From assembly GCA_965218795.1 (NCBI GenBank), contig OZ244653.1:4352001-4416000 (forward strand): DNA of 64,000 nucleotides, written 5' to 3'. Source of the DNA: a bacterium. Its GTDB lineage: Bacteria; UBA8248; JACPRG01; G963555815. Below, piece by piece: positions 20,673-30,735 of this stretch. Every line of letters starts with the position of its first letter. Within the stretch, counting starts at the first letter, position 1. The position numbers and the translations under genes were made by a program. Under the pieces are notes generated by a model that saw only the letters and a list, made by a program, of their open reading frames with translations, ran no database searches and had not been told where the DNA came from.

Positions 20673-21854
20673 TCAAAATGATTTGCAAACGGCCCGGAAA
20701 CGGGCGTGCATGGACTCTTTCTGATGAGCACCGATTCGGCTTGTCTGGATTCCTGCTGACTGGAGTTGACCCGTTTCAGTGGACAGTTTATGGCTGTCGT
20801 CCCCAGCCCTGAGGTGGGCGACAGCCGGTGGACGTAAAGTCTTCTCCCTATCCGATAGATAGGGTGCCCCCGGGGGGTATGTCTTGACCTTTGGCTCGCC
20901 GCTCTGGGAAGCGCCGGGGACGGCTCGAGCCGGACGATGAGCGTTGCGCACTGCACGTGGCGTTTCCTTCGCCGCGGCGCGTTCGAAGTCGTTGGGGCTG
21001 AGGTAACCCAGGGCCGAATGACGACGGCGTGGGTTGTACCAGCCTTCGATGAATTGGAAGATCGCCATGCGCGCTTCGGCCTGGGTACGGAACGAGCGCC
21101 GGTCGATGAGCTCGCACTCCAGCGTGGCAAAGAAGCTCTCGGCCATGGCGTTGTCGAAGCAATCCCCGGCCGACCCGGTCGAGGGAACCACCCCCATCTG
21201 GCGGCACCGCTTGCCGAAGGCGAGCGAAGTGTACTGCGATCCCCTGTCGGAGTGATGCACGACCCCGTCGGGGCGGCGCTGTCCCAACGCCATGTTCAGC
21301 GCCCCGAGCACCAGTTCGGTGCGAAGATGGTGGGTCATGGACCAGCCCACCGCCCGGCGGCTGAACACGTCGAGCACGATGGCCAGGTACACGAACCCCG
21401 TCCAGGTCGGCACGTAGGTCACGTCGGCCACCCAAAGCCGATCCGGCCCATCGGCCTGGAACTGGCGTTCGACCCGGTCCGGGACCACACAATGGCTCTG
21501 GTCCACGCGCGTAGTGCGCATACCTCGGCGTCGGCTCACCCCGGCCAACCCTGCCTCGCGCATCAGACGAGCCACCCGTTTGCGGCTCACCCGGCAGCCG
21601 CCGGCCATCAGCTCGGCATGGACCCGAGGCGCCCCGTAGGTGCCACCAGATGCCTCGTGGATGGCCCGTATCGTGCCCCCCAACACCTCGTCGCGCTTCG
21701 CACGAGGAGAACGCCCACGGCCTCGCCACGCGTAGTACCCGCTGGGGGAGACGCCCAGCACCCGGCACATCGTGGCCACCCGATGATGGGCCTGATTCGC
21801 CTTCACGAGCTCGAGGACTTCGCCCGGACCGAGCCGGTCTCCCGAGCGAACCAA
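20673..21854 (-). CDS. IS3 transposase OrfB (DDE), probably expressed by -1 frameshift
   Basis: WVADVTY, HHSDRGSQY, DNAMAESFF; the frame reads through the right IR. Confidence 0.88.
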   Translation of the reverse strand: MVRSGDRLGPGEVLELVKANQAHHRVATMCRVLGVSPSGYYAWRGRGRSPRAKRDEVLGGTIRAIHEASGGTYGAPRVHAELMAGGCRVSRKRVARLMREAGLAGVSRRRGMRTTRVDQSHCVVPDRVERQFQADGPDRLWVADVTYVPTWTGFVYLAIVLDVFSRRAVGWSMTHHLRTELVLGALNMALGQRRPDGVVHHSDRGSQYTSLAFGKRCRQMGVVPSTGSAGDCFDNAMAESFFATLECELIDRRSFRTQAEARMAIFQFIEGWYNPRRRHSALGYLSPNDFERAAAKETPRAVRNAHRPARAVPGASQSGEPKVKTYPPGAPYLSDREKTLRPPAVAHLRAGDDSHKLSTETGQLQSAGIQTSRIGAHQKESMHARFRAVCKSF

Positions 21855-22171
21855 GCCGTAGCTTTTGCCAGTATCTCGCGTTCTTCGCGAAGCTGACGAA
21901 CCTCTCGACGAAGCCGTCGCAGCTCCTCAAGCTCGGCGCTTGTCAGACCATCCTCACGACGGCCTTCGTCCCGGTCGGCCTGACGCACCCAGTTGCGAAT
22001 CGCCGAAGCGGAACACTCGAACTCCCGGGCCAGCTCCCCGGGCGTACGGCCCGAGCGAACCAGCTCGACCATCTGGCGCCGGTACTCCGGCGCGTAGGGT
22101 GAATGAGTTTTCGCCATCGGAACACCTCCTCCGCACAGTCTGAAGGTGTCCACTGAAACAGGTCAACTCCA
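20761..22171 (-). mobile_element. Apparently complete IS3-family insertion sequence
   Basis: 25-bp terminal IRs TGGAGTTGACC(C/T)GTTTCAGTGGACA at 20761-20785 and 22147-22171 (24/25 identical); orfA/orfB; no target duplication. Confidence 0.95.
21803..22117 (-). CDS. IS3 transposase OrfA
   Basis: YAPEYRRQMVELV..LAREF..IRNWV..EREILAKA; AAAAG slippage motif near 21865. Confidence 0.9.
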   Translation of the reverse strand: MAKTHSPYAPEYRRQMVELVRSGRTPGELAREFECSASAIRNWVRQADRDEGRREDGLTSAELEELRRLRREVRQLREEREILAKATAWFARETGSVRAKSSSS

Positions 22172-22923
22172 ACGATCTGGTGGACGCCGTTGCGGTCCGC
22201 CCACTTGGCCGCGATGCGCTCGACGCCGGGGCCGCCGCCGTGGACCAGGACCACATCGTCGTACTTCGCCCTGAGCTTCTCCAGATGCCGGATGACCGTA
22301 CCGGCGTCGCCGGCCTGCCTGCCGCCTGCCACCGCGACGAGCGTTCCCTGGGGCAGGAGGGCCTTGTTCTCGCGGTCCCTGCGGGCACGCTGGAAGTCGC
22401 GGGCATCGATCATGGCCGAAGTGAGCTTGCCGGTCTGGCTGGTGTGGGACCCGCGCCGGGGCCGCCAGAGGTCTCCGGTCTCGACCCGGTAGGCCTCGGC
22501 CGCGGTGTCTCTGAGCTGCTCGAAGGCGTCCCGCCGGTCCGTGAGGTTCTTGGTTCGGTCGGTGACGAGTTCGAGCTCTCGGGACCTGAACTCCGAGCCG
22601 TCCTGCTCGCGCTGGAGGTCGCGCATCTCGGGGAGGAGCCTGTCGGCCGCGCGGTCGAGGCGCTGGGTCTGGGCGTCGAGCATGTTGACGAATCCCCAGA
22701 GCAGGCTCTCGCGTTCGTCGGCGAGTTGCGTTCCGTCGGGCGCGACGCCCTGTGCGAGGATGCGGAAGGCTTCCGTGACGGCGGAGAGGGCGTTCTCCGG
22801 GTCCCAGAGCTCCCGGTTGTCGAATTCGTCTTGCTCCGGAGTTGCGCCGAAGAGAGCCGCCCGGTCGCAGACGGTGGCGGTGACGGACTGCGCTTGCGCT
22901 TGGATGTTGTCGATATCGTTCAT
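22172..22923 (-). pseudogene. DUF2493 (SLOG/YspA-like) protein truncated by IS3
   Basis: ERESLLWGFVN, LVHGG..GVERIAAKWA..GV; stops at the IS end. Confidence 0.75.
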
Positions 22924-23447
22924 GATGCTCTCCTTATGGATTGAGTGTAGAGAACCGTTACGGTTCGTTGTGCGGAGAGAGTCTCCGAACGTGATGGTTG
23001 AGTGGCCCACGCGCGCGCAGCAAAGCCACCGTGGCCGCAAGGCCTGGCGCGGCGAGGGGCGCGAGTGGTGCGGGCGCACAAGCGACCGCAGGGAGCGCGG
23101 AGCCTCGGTCGCGTTTCTTGGCGCGCCTAGGCGCTTTTGCGCCGTAGCCTTGCGAGCCAAGGCCGGAACGGAGCGGAGCGGAGAGTAGGACCCCTTGGGG
23201 GTTGGCGCAGCGAGCACGTGTGGGACAATGGGCCATCACGTCGAGAGGGATATTGTTAGCGATTGGCACGGACGCCCTGGGCGGTTCCGGGATTGAGACC
23301 CGGGTCTCGGGCGCCGGCCCGGCAAGCGGAGCGCGCAGCGAGCGCCAGCGAGCGGAGGCGATAGGGATAGAAGCGAAAATCGGAGCGGAGCGGAGATTGC
23401 AGCGGAGAGCCCGGCCCGAAGGGATCGCCCGAAGACGGCATGGCCCG

Positions 23448-23632
23448 TCACCACAACGGATGCGCGAACGCTGGCGCCCCCGGACCGCGAAAATCCTCGT
23501 CGAGATGGATGACGTAATACTGGGATCCGGGCGGAGGCAGTCCGCCAGACGGTAGACCTCGCCGACGGGATCGACATCGTGGTAGATCCTCGACGCATAC
23601 GGGGTGATGCACTTGAAAGTGACGGATTGCAT
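23448..23632 (-). pseudogene. Small hypothetical ICE gene, frameshifted; homolog at about 36207-36290
   Basis: AAGGAG followed by MQSVT.. in both copies. Confidence 0.5.
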
Positions 23633-23709
23633 GGTGCGGTTCTCCTTGCGTGTTGTCGATGCCCGGGGCCCTCTCTCTCCCTCCTCGCGGCGTTCGCCCC
23701 TCTCCCGCT

Positions 23710-23898
23710 TCACGCTCCCCTCCGTTCCGCCAGAACGGAGGCCGCCCATGCCGCGGCGCGGGCGAGGACCTGCCCATGGCAGGGCAGCGGCGCGCACCGG
23801 CAGGCCAGCGGCTTGCCGTGAAGGGCGGCGAGTTCGTCGAGCCCGACCTCGGCGGCGCGAATGCGGCGCCAGAGATCGGCGCGATAGCGCGCGATCAC
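23710..23898 (-). pseudogene. DUF4326-like protein, C-terminal half
   Basis: IARYRA.L..LHGKPLACRCAPLPCHGQVL. Confidence 0.7.
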
Positions 23899-23899
23899 T

Positions 23900-24916
23900 T
23901 CATCGCGCGGTCCGTCCGGGCCGATGCGGCGTACGGAACAGGGCGGCGAGCCGAAGGGCCAGGGCCCGGGGTCCGAGGGCGACCAGATCGTCGTTGAAGT
24001 CGCCGTATTCGGAGACGATGACGTGGGCGGCGACGCCCGCCCGCGCGCAGCGCCGGGCGAGGCGTTGGGCGGCCCGCTCTCCCTCGGAATCGTTGTCCCG
24101 GGCGATGACGAGGCGCGCGACGCCGCCAGGCGGAGCGAACGCGCCGAGGCTTCCGGCCGAGAGCGCGGCCGCCGAAATGACCCCGGGCGCCGCGGTGACG
24201 ATCGACAGAACGGTCTCGATGCCTTCGCCGACGAGCAGCGAAGCGCCGTCGGCGGGCCTGCCGAGGCGCACGGCGCGTCCGTGGATGCGGCCGAGCGCCT
24301 TGCGCGGGGCCGCGACGTCCGCCTTGGCGGGCAAGCGCGGATCGAGCCAGGTGCGCTGCACGCCGTGAAGCGCGCCGTCGGCGCCGGTCACGGCGGCGAC
24401 CAGCGCCGGAAAACGGCGCAGGGAAGAGCCTTCGCGATAGCGAAGCTCGGGATGGAAGCGCAATGCCGGGAACCGGCAGCGCGCGAGTCCGCGGGCGCGG
24501 AGATAGGCCTCCGCATGGGCGCCGTCGATGGCGCGGCAACGCCGCCAGAGGCGACGGGCCGCCCGGGTGGCGTCGTAGCTCTCGCCCGACGCCGGCGGAG
24601 CCGGCAGGGCGAGGAAGGCCCGGGCCTCGGCGAGCGCCGCGCGAAGCGTGGGCGCGCCCGAGCGATGCCGGACGAGATCGAGCAGGTCGCCGTGCTCTCC
24701 GGTGGCCGCGTCGGCCCACTTGCCCGGGACCCCGGGACCGTGCAGGCGGACGAAGAGCAAGCGGCCGCGAGCGCCTTGGAGATCGCCGGCGACCCAGTAC
24801 CGGCCCTGCTTGCGGCCCTGGGGCAGGTAACGCCGGCAGACGGCCTCGGCGCGCGCGCCGAGCGCGGCGGCGATGTCGGCGGCGGGAGATGCGGAACGGG
24901 ACGATGGGGGCGGCAT
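23900..24916 (-). CDS. Toprim-domain primase-like protein of an ICE/plasmid backbone
   Basis: GKWADAATGEHGDLLDL, AEAYLRARGL, VGEGIET, IARDND..G, GDFNDDL. Confidence 0.85.
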   Translation of the reverse strand: MPPPSSRSASPAADIAAALGARAEAVCRRYLPQGRKQGRYWVAGDLQGARGRLLFVRLHGPGVPGKWADAATGEHGDLLDLVRHRSGAPTLRAALAEARAFLALPAPPASGESYDATRAARRLWRRCRAIDGAHAEAYLRARGLARCRFPALRFHPELRYREGSSLRRFPALVAAVTGADGALHGVQRTWLDPRLPAKADVAAPRKALGRIHGRAVRLGRPADGASLLVGEGIETVLSIVTAAPGVISAAALSAGSLGAFAPPGGVARLVIARDNDSEGERAAQRLARRCARAGVAAHVIVSEYGDFNDDLVALGPRALALRLAALFRTPHRPGRTAR

Positions 24917-25109
24917 GACGGGCCTCCTCTGGATGGACGGGGAACGCCCGATACCGGCCGGCCTCCGCTCTCGCCGGCGCCGGAGGACGAAGCGCCGCGC
25001 GTAGCGCTGGCGCGATGCCCGAACGGGTACGGACTCGGAACGGGCAGCAAAAAGATGGGCCGACGCGCGAAGCGCCGGCCCAGGTGGAGAGAGGAAACGG
25101 AATGCGCGA

Positions 25110-25535
25110 TCAGAACGGGATGTCGTCGATGGGCGCTTCGGCGGACGGCGTCTCCGTCTCCGACACCGGCGCGCCGTTGCCGTTGGGCTTGTCGAGGAAC
25201 TGCACGCGCCCGCCCGGAACCAGCAGGATCTCGGTCGAGAACCGGTCGGAGTCCTCCTCGTCCTTCTTCCAGCGACGGGTCTGCAGCTTGCCCGCCACAT
25301 AGACCAGCCGGCCCTTCGTCGCGTGCTTTTCGAACATGTCCACCAGCCCGGGCTGGAACGTCACCACCCGGTGCCACTCGGTCTTGTCCACCCGCTCGCC
25401 GCTCTGCTTGTCGATGTAGCCCTCGTCGGTGGCGATGGACAGGTTGGCCACGCGTCCTCCGGTGGCGAGGTGGTTGACGGTGACGTCGGCTCCCAGGCGG
25501 CCGATCACTTCAGCGCGATTGAGTCCGAAGGCCAT
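25110..25535 (-). CDS. ssb: Single-stranded DNA-binding protein
   Basis: LNRAEVIGRLGAD, TEWHRVV, GKLQTRRW, acidic DDIPF tail. Confidence 0.95.
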   Translation of the reverse strand: MAFGLNRAEVIGRLGADVTVNHLATGGRVANLSIATDEGYIDKQSGERVDKTEWHRVVTFQPGLVDMFEKHATKGRLVYVAGKLQTRRWKKDEEDSDRFSTEILLVPGGRVQFLDKPNGNGAPVSETETPSAEAPIDDIPF

Positions 25536-25955
25536 GATCATTTCTCCTTAGAGTTAAAGGTGTGGAAGACAACGGGTGATGGAAGAGCCTCTCTCTCCGG
25601 CCCCCCTGGTTCACCCTAGAAGAGCGCCTCTTCTTCTCCGGCTTCGATCCGGAACCTGCGGATGGTGCGGGCATCGAGTCCGATCTCTGCGAGCAGTTCG
25701 TCAGTGGTGGTGACATCGAGTTCGAGGTCTGGGTCGAGCATGGGCTGGTCTCCTGTTCCGGGGTTGGCGCTTCCGGCATCGGAACCGGGAGACCGTCTCC
25801 CTCTTCCATGCCGGGCGTTCGCCCGGCCCTTGCTTCCCTCTGGCTCGATGGACGGAGACGGGAGACGGGACAGGCTCAGACCGCGTCTGGGCTTGAGTCC
25901 GGTCCGGGATTCGGGTCAGATGAGGCAGATGCTGTCTTGTTGAGAGGATCCCTAC

Positions 25956-26732
25956 ATGGAACGTGACGGCTTGATTCCAGTGGCGAAAGAGGCCTGGAAG
26001 GCGTTCGAGTGCGCGGCTCCGTCTTCCCGCGTCTCTCCCGCCATGCCGATCCTGTTCTTCGGCGATGTTGAGGCGTACTCCGCCTCGCCGTTTCGGGTGG
26101 TGACCGTAGGATTGAATCCGTCGCTGAAGGAATTCCCTGAGGATTCGCCGTTTAAGCGGTTTCCAAGATGCACCGGGATCACGGCAGCCGACAGCGAGCA
26201 ATACCTGCAAGGCCTGTGTTCCTACTTCCGCGTCCACCCCTATCGCAGATGGTTCCAGTCCTACGAGGCCGCGCTCGGAGGAGCGGAGGCCAGCTTCTAT
26301 CCGGGCAGGCCGTCAACCGCTCTGCATACGGACATTGCCTCGCCTGTCGCCACGAATCCGACATGGAGCCGGCTCGGAGAACGGGAGCGCAGTGCGCTGC
26401 AGGAGAAAGGCGGCGCCATATGGCGCCGATTGCTGGACATGTTGAAACCGCAAATCGTCCTGCTGAGCGTCGCGAGGGAGCACCGCGGGCGCATCGACTG
26501 CCATTACCCGGCATTGAACGACTGGCGGCCGATCCGGGAGTTCGGATACAAGGAGAGCGGGGAGCGGAGAAGACGCCCTTACCCGGTTGATGCGAGGTGG
26601 TACGAGATCATGGGCGATGCTTCGTTGTTCGTATCCGGCGTCCCCTCCCAGACGCCATTCGGATCACTGAGTGACAACCAGAAACGGCAAGTGGGAGAGC
26701 TGGCACGCCGAACATACTGCCAAGGCCGGTAG
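25956..26732 (+). CDS. Hypothetical protein with uracil-DNA glycosylase-like motifs
   Basis: VVTVGLNPS and LKPQIVLL resemble UDG-superfamily motifs. Confidence 0.6.
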   Translation: MERDGLIPVAKEAWKAFECAAPSSRVSPAMPILFFGDVEAYSASPFRVVTVGLNPSLKEFPEDSPFKRFPRCTGITAADSEQYLQGLCSYFRVHPYRRWFQSYEAALGGAEASFYPGRPSTALHTDIASPVATNPTWSRLGERERSALQEKGGAIWRRLLDMLKPQIVLLSVAREHRGRIDCHYPALNDWRPIREFGYKESGERRRRPYPVDARWYEIMGDASLFVSGVPSQTPFGSLSDNQKRQVGELARRTYCQGR

Positions 26733-26841
26733 CGTCCGTCCGGCTTGCCACCCCCCGGCTGCGCGGCAAGGCGGCGATGCCCCCCGCTGGCGGACGGCGA
26801 GCCGGCAGTATGTACCCCCGGCGAGCCGGCACAGACCGCGT

Positions 26842-27651
26842 TCACTGTCCAGTGAACGTCGCCATCAACGACGCATCCGAGATTATCTCCACCTGGTCGT
26901 GAGACAGCCGTGCGAAGGCCAGGCACATGGCCACCTCCTCCCAGCTGTCCCAGGTCCCGTGGTCCTCGCCCGTGGCAATCTGGATCACGGTGTACCGCGG
27001 CGGAAGGATCGGAAGGCCCCGGTGCTGGCCCGAGCGCACCCAGGACCGGTGCGCGCACGGCACGCACCGAGCCGCTCCCTGCGAGGGAGTACCACAGTCG
27101 GTGCAACGCCATCTCTCCCGCCTTTGGGCGTAGCGCCTCCGGCTGGCAGCGTTCTTCTTTGAATGGCGTCTAGCCTCAATGGTGGCACAGGGACCGCAGC
27201 GGGAGGCGCCTTCAAAAGAAGGTCTCCCGCACCTGCCGCACATACCCTCGGCCCGCCGGGCGGCGTATTGCACCCGTTCGCTTTCACGTCGGGCGTCACG
27301 GCAAGCCCGGCAGGTCGCGCCGCCCTGGACGGGGGAACGGTGGCCGCAACGCGTGCAAAGACCGGCGTCCCGGTATGCCCTGAGGCGCTTCCTGCTTCTC
27401 TCCCGTCCGATCCTCCGGCGGTCCTTGGGATCCCGGCCTCCGTAGAGCCTGCCTTCGGCCTTGCCCCTGGCGTACCGGGCGCGCTCGGCCTTGCGCCGCT
27501 TCTCGCCACAGGTATGGCACAGGCCGCGGCCGGGAGGAAGGGACTCTCTTCCGCATTTGGGGCACATCCCGCTGGCGAGGCGCTCTCTGGTGAGCCTGCG
27601 GTAGCGTTCCCGATCTTGCTCGCGGGCCTTGTTGGGGTCCTTAAAGGGCAT
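26842..27651 (-). CDS. Arg-rich protein with eight CxxC motifs (putative four tandem C4 zinc fingers)
   Basis: CPKC/CHTC, CTRC/CRAC, CGRC/CGPC, CTDC/CVPC separated by basic helices; GGAGG upstream. Confidence 0.75.
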   Translation of the reverse strand: MPFKDPNKAREQDRERYRRLTRERLASGMCPKCGRESLPPGRGLCHTCGEKRRKAERARYARGKAEGRLYGGRDPKDRRRIGRERSRKRLRAYRDAGLCTRCGHRSPVQGGATCRACRDARRESERVQYAARRAEGMCGRCGRPSFEGASRCGPCATIEARRHSKKNAASRRRYAQRRERWRCTDCGTPSQGAARCVPCAHRSWVRSGQHRGLPILPPRYTVIQIATGEDHGTWDSWEEVAMCLAFARLSHDQVEIISDASLMATFTGQ

Positions 27652-27738
27652 CTGTGGACGCCTCCCATCGGGGCTGGAATCGGGACAACGGACGCCCGGC
27701 CGGCGACGGGCCGGCGGGACGTCCCTAGAGAATGCCGA

Positions 27739-28056
27739 TCAGCGCTGCAACATGTTCCGCCACACGACAGATTCGCCCCAGTACTGGACCCCGGAGTTCC
27801 GGAGGTTGATTCCGGTTGCAACGATGATCTCGTCGCGCGCGGGCCGCATCTTCCGGACCGCCTGCCGGGACACGGTCGTCTTCGCCGCCTTGGGTCGGTT
27901 CCTGGTCCTCGGCCCCCCGTTGGGCAGAGGTCGGATGTCGCCGTCGGCCATGGACCGGAAGCGCTCGACCACGTAGCGGTCGTCATCGAGGCCTTGGCCG
28001 AACAGGTGGGTGAGGAAGGTGCTTGCGTTGCCGGGATGGGTCTGGACCGTATGCAT
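27739..28056 (-). CDS. Hypothetical protein, possibly a fragment
   Basis: AAGGAGG before ATG 28056; no motif recognised. Confidence 0.4.
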   Translation of the reverse strand: MHTVQTHPGNASTFLTHLFGQGLDDDRYVVERFRSMADGDIRPLPNGGPRTRNRPKAAKTTVSRQAVRKMRPARDEIIVATGINLRNSGVQYWGESVVWRNMLQR

Positions 28057-28305
28057 GACGTTGTCCTCCTTCAGGCCGGTGGTTGAGACAGGCGGCGACG
28101 TCCTCCCCCGGGACATCCATCCGCCGCCCCCCTCACGGCCCGGCTCGGCCTCTCGGTGGCGCAGGAGTCGGGTCTGTGGACATCGGCTCGGAGGAGTGGC
28201 ACGGTGATCTGGGGTCCGACCCAGCGTTTTGGACGGCGTCAGGAAGGTCGGAAAGGCGGCATTCCATGCCGCTCACGGTAGGCATCGATCGAGGAGTAGA
28301 AGCGA

Positions 28306-28944
28306 GTGCTCGAATTTCTGGAACGAATGATTTCGTTATCCGAGATAGTCGAAGGCGTTACGATCGGCATCACGATCTCAATAATCCTGGGGATATGCGC
28401 GTGGATCAAATGGCGTGTGACAAGACGGAAGCAGGTCAATCACCTACGGCATCTGATCTCTCATGGATACGATAGAATCATCGGGGAGACCGGCTTCGAG
28501 CATCGGGAGAAGGTCAGTGCGGCCAACCGAAACGGCTTCACTCAGGCATGGGCCCGCGGTGAGTCGCCTTGGGTGAATCTGGAGGACAGCGAGCTCGAGG
28601 GGACAGTGACCTGGAACGGTGACCTTCTCGGCTTCACGCCGGGCGCCTCAGCCGTCACGGGCGACGCTGAAATCTCTGTTGACCTGTCCAGGCTTAGCGG
28701 TGTTGCCTCGTTCGACCAGCTGGAGTCATGGGCGCCGGGACAGGCGCCAGGCGCTGTTGGAAGCGGCTCGATGTGGGGTGACGGGGACCTAGGCTACACC
28801 ATCGCCGTGCGTGGTAACACGTTTCGGGAGACCGGAGGGGACGATGGAATCCTGACGGGGATCTTTGTCGGCCAGAATCACGAAGGCGCTACGGGTACAC
28901 TGGAGAGGGAGGACTTGACAGCGGCGTTCGGGGCTAAGAGATAA
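28306..28944 (+). CDS. Probable chimera: TM-anchored N-terminus fused to a transferrin-binding-like beta-barrel fragment
   Basis: Composition changes near 28515; GTVTW.G.LLG..G.F.G..HE...GTL..LTAAFGAKR C-terminus. Confidence 0.5.
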   Translation: MLEFLERMISLSEIVEGVTIGITISIILGICAWIKWRVTRRKQVNHLRHLISHGYDRIIGETGFEHREKVSAANRNGFTQAWARGESPWVNLEDSELEGTVTWNGDLLGFTPGASAVTGDAEISVDLSRLSGVASFDQLESWAPGQAPGAVGSGSMWGDGDLGYTIAVRGNTFRETGGDDGILTGIFVGQNHEGATGTLEREDLTAAFGAKR

Positions 28945-29057
28945 TGTTTTGCGAGGGGGCACCCGCAACGTTCCTGCCAAGAAACGTCAATTCAGGGCGG
29001 ATGCCCCCAAGCATCACTCTATGGTGGGTATCAATAGCCCGCATCGGCATCACCTCC

Positions 29058-29436
29058 TTATCCTCATACCCACACGCGATCGCGAACATGCGGAACCGCA
29101 GCATGGCCGGCAGGGTGTGGACCACCCGCTCCGGGTCGCGCCACTCCCGGATGCAGCCGGCCAGCGCCTCGGCCAGGCCGACCCGGCGCTCCGCCGCGCG
29201 CAGCAGCACCAGCCCGCCGTCCGACGAGATCGACTCGCCCTCGAAATCGGCGGTCACCTTCTTGCGGCTGACGGCTGGAAGATCGAACGGGAGAAGGGTA
29301 TCTTCGGTCATGGCGGGTGTGGCGCTTTCGTTGCTTCGGCAGAAATGCGCTGGGAAACGAATTTCTACCCGATGACAACGACTTACGCCACGTTCGCCAT
29401 CACATCTCCTCGCCCTGAGGAATAAAGCGGGCTAGG
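29058..29436 (-). mobile_element. IS1380-family left end and truncated transposase
   Basis: LPFDLPAVSRKKVTADFEG..SSDGG..R.FAIACGYED, then unrelated sequence; CCCGCTTTATTC-type end near 29431. Confidence 0.85.
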
Positions 29437-29823
29437 AGACCTCGTCGACCGAGGACCTCGAAGTGTGGACGCACTCGGGTGAATCGTGTAGGGACGAATC
29501 ACACTGAGTATCCGCTGGAACGCGTCGAGACCGAAATCTCGGAGGAAGACCGCCAATGGTGGCGAAAATGGTGGACGAGCCTCCGGTTCGGAGCCAGTCA
29601 CGAGGACTACCCGCAGCACCACTGGTGAAAAAACGGCGACGAACACCGCCGATGTCCGGCGCCGCCGAAGGGGGAGCGGGAGGCGCGAGACGACGCGCGG
29701 ATGCGCTTCCGTTCAGACCCATGAGGCAGCCCCGACCCGGAACGCCCGGGAGTAGGAGAGGATAGATGTGCTTCCGGCACAAAGCGTGACCGACTTGGAA
29801 GGTGACAATCACCGGAGGAAAGA

Positions 29824-30663
29824 ATGAGCATCGCGGAGAGCATCTGGCAATCACTGTTGTCACAGGGAACGGCAATCGCAGTGCTCATTGCTGTTGCTTA
29901 TCTCTTCCGTGACGCCATCCTTCGATTCATAAATGACAAAATCTCTCTGGCATCAAAGAAAGAGCTGCAATCGCGAGAGCATGAGTTCAAGACACAGTTT
30001 GACGAAGTGCGGAGGGACTTCGAAAGAATTCAGTCGACGCAAGAGAAATTCTTGACAGCGTTTCTTGAAGTGTCGTCAGAGCGTGCGAAGGCAGTTTCGA
30101 AGCGGGAGATAGAAGCGGCTGAAGCCATCTGGGCATCGGTCGAGACACTGAATCGACTCCTGCTTTCGGCCACGACCGCAGATATGCTGAAATTTGATGC
30201 CATCGAAAAACTCGGAACTTCAGATCGGGCGAAATTCGGACAACTCGCCGGGATTTTCACGAAAGAGCTTACGCCGGAATTCATGGCGAAGGTCAACTGT
30301 CAAGGGGCAAGGCTTTATGTGAATGACACCGCGTGGGCCTTCTACCACGCGTACTCGATGATAATTCTTTCCGGTGGTCTTCGGATGATGGCCTTGGAGA
30401 CGGGGGTCCCTTCATCCGTTTTTGATGAAACCGCGCTCAAAAAAGCAATACTTGACGCACTGCCCCATCAGAAGCCCACGTTGGAGAAATATCCGAATAT
30501 GATGAATTCTCTTTTCCTGGACGAATTGAGGGAGGCGCTACTGAAGGAGCTCAAAAGGTCGATACGCGGCGAGCAGTCCACAGAAAAGGAGACAGCCATA
30601 GCGCGTGCGATCCTCAGCGAACTGCCGAGCGAAGTGCCCATGCCAAAGACGGGCCAGGCATGA
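29824..30663 (+). CDS. Hypothetical protein with N-terminal TM and coiled coil
   Basis: 279-aa ORF, GGAGG upstream, lower GC than the flanks. Confidence 0.75.
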   Translation: MSIAESIWQSLLSQGTAIAVLIAVAYLFRDAILRFINDKISLASKKELQSREHEFKTQFDEVRRDFERIQSTQEKFLTAFLEVSSERAKAVSKREIEAAEAIWASVETLNRLLLSATTADMLKFDAIEKLGTSDRAKFGQLAGIFTKELTPEFMAKVNCQGARLYVNDTAWAFYHAYSMIILSGGLRMMALETGVPSSVFDETALKKAILDALPHQKPTLEKYPNMMNSLFLDELREALLKELKRSIRGEQSTEKETAIARAILSELPSEVPMPKTGQA

Positions 30664-30735
30664 TCCGCACGATTGGAAAGCCGCATGGCGCCGCCCAACG
30701 CGGGGCCCCCTGAACGCATGGAACGAGGACGGCCC

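Noticed and set aside
20673-20960. Passenger domain on IS3 OrfB
   Set aside because: The extension is low-complexity and reads through the IR; most likely loss of a stop codon
21943-23217. 424-aa ORF as a single protein
   Set aside because: It joins non-coding DNA, truncated DUF2493 and IS3 sequence
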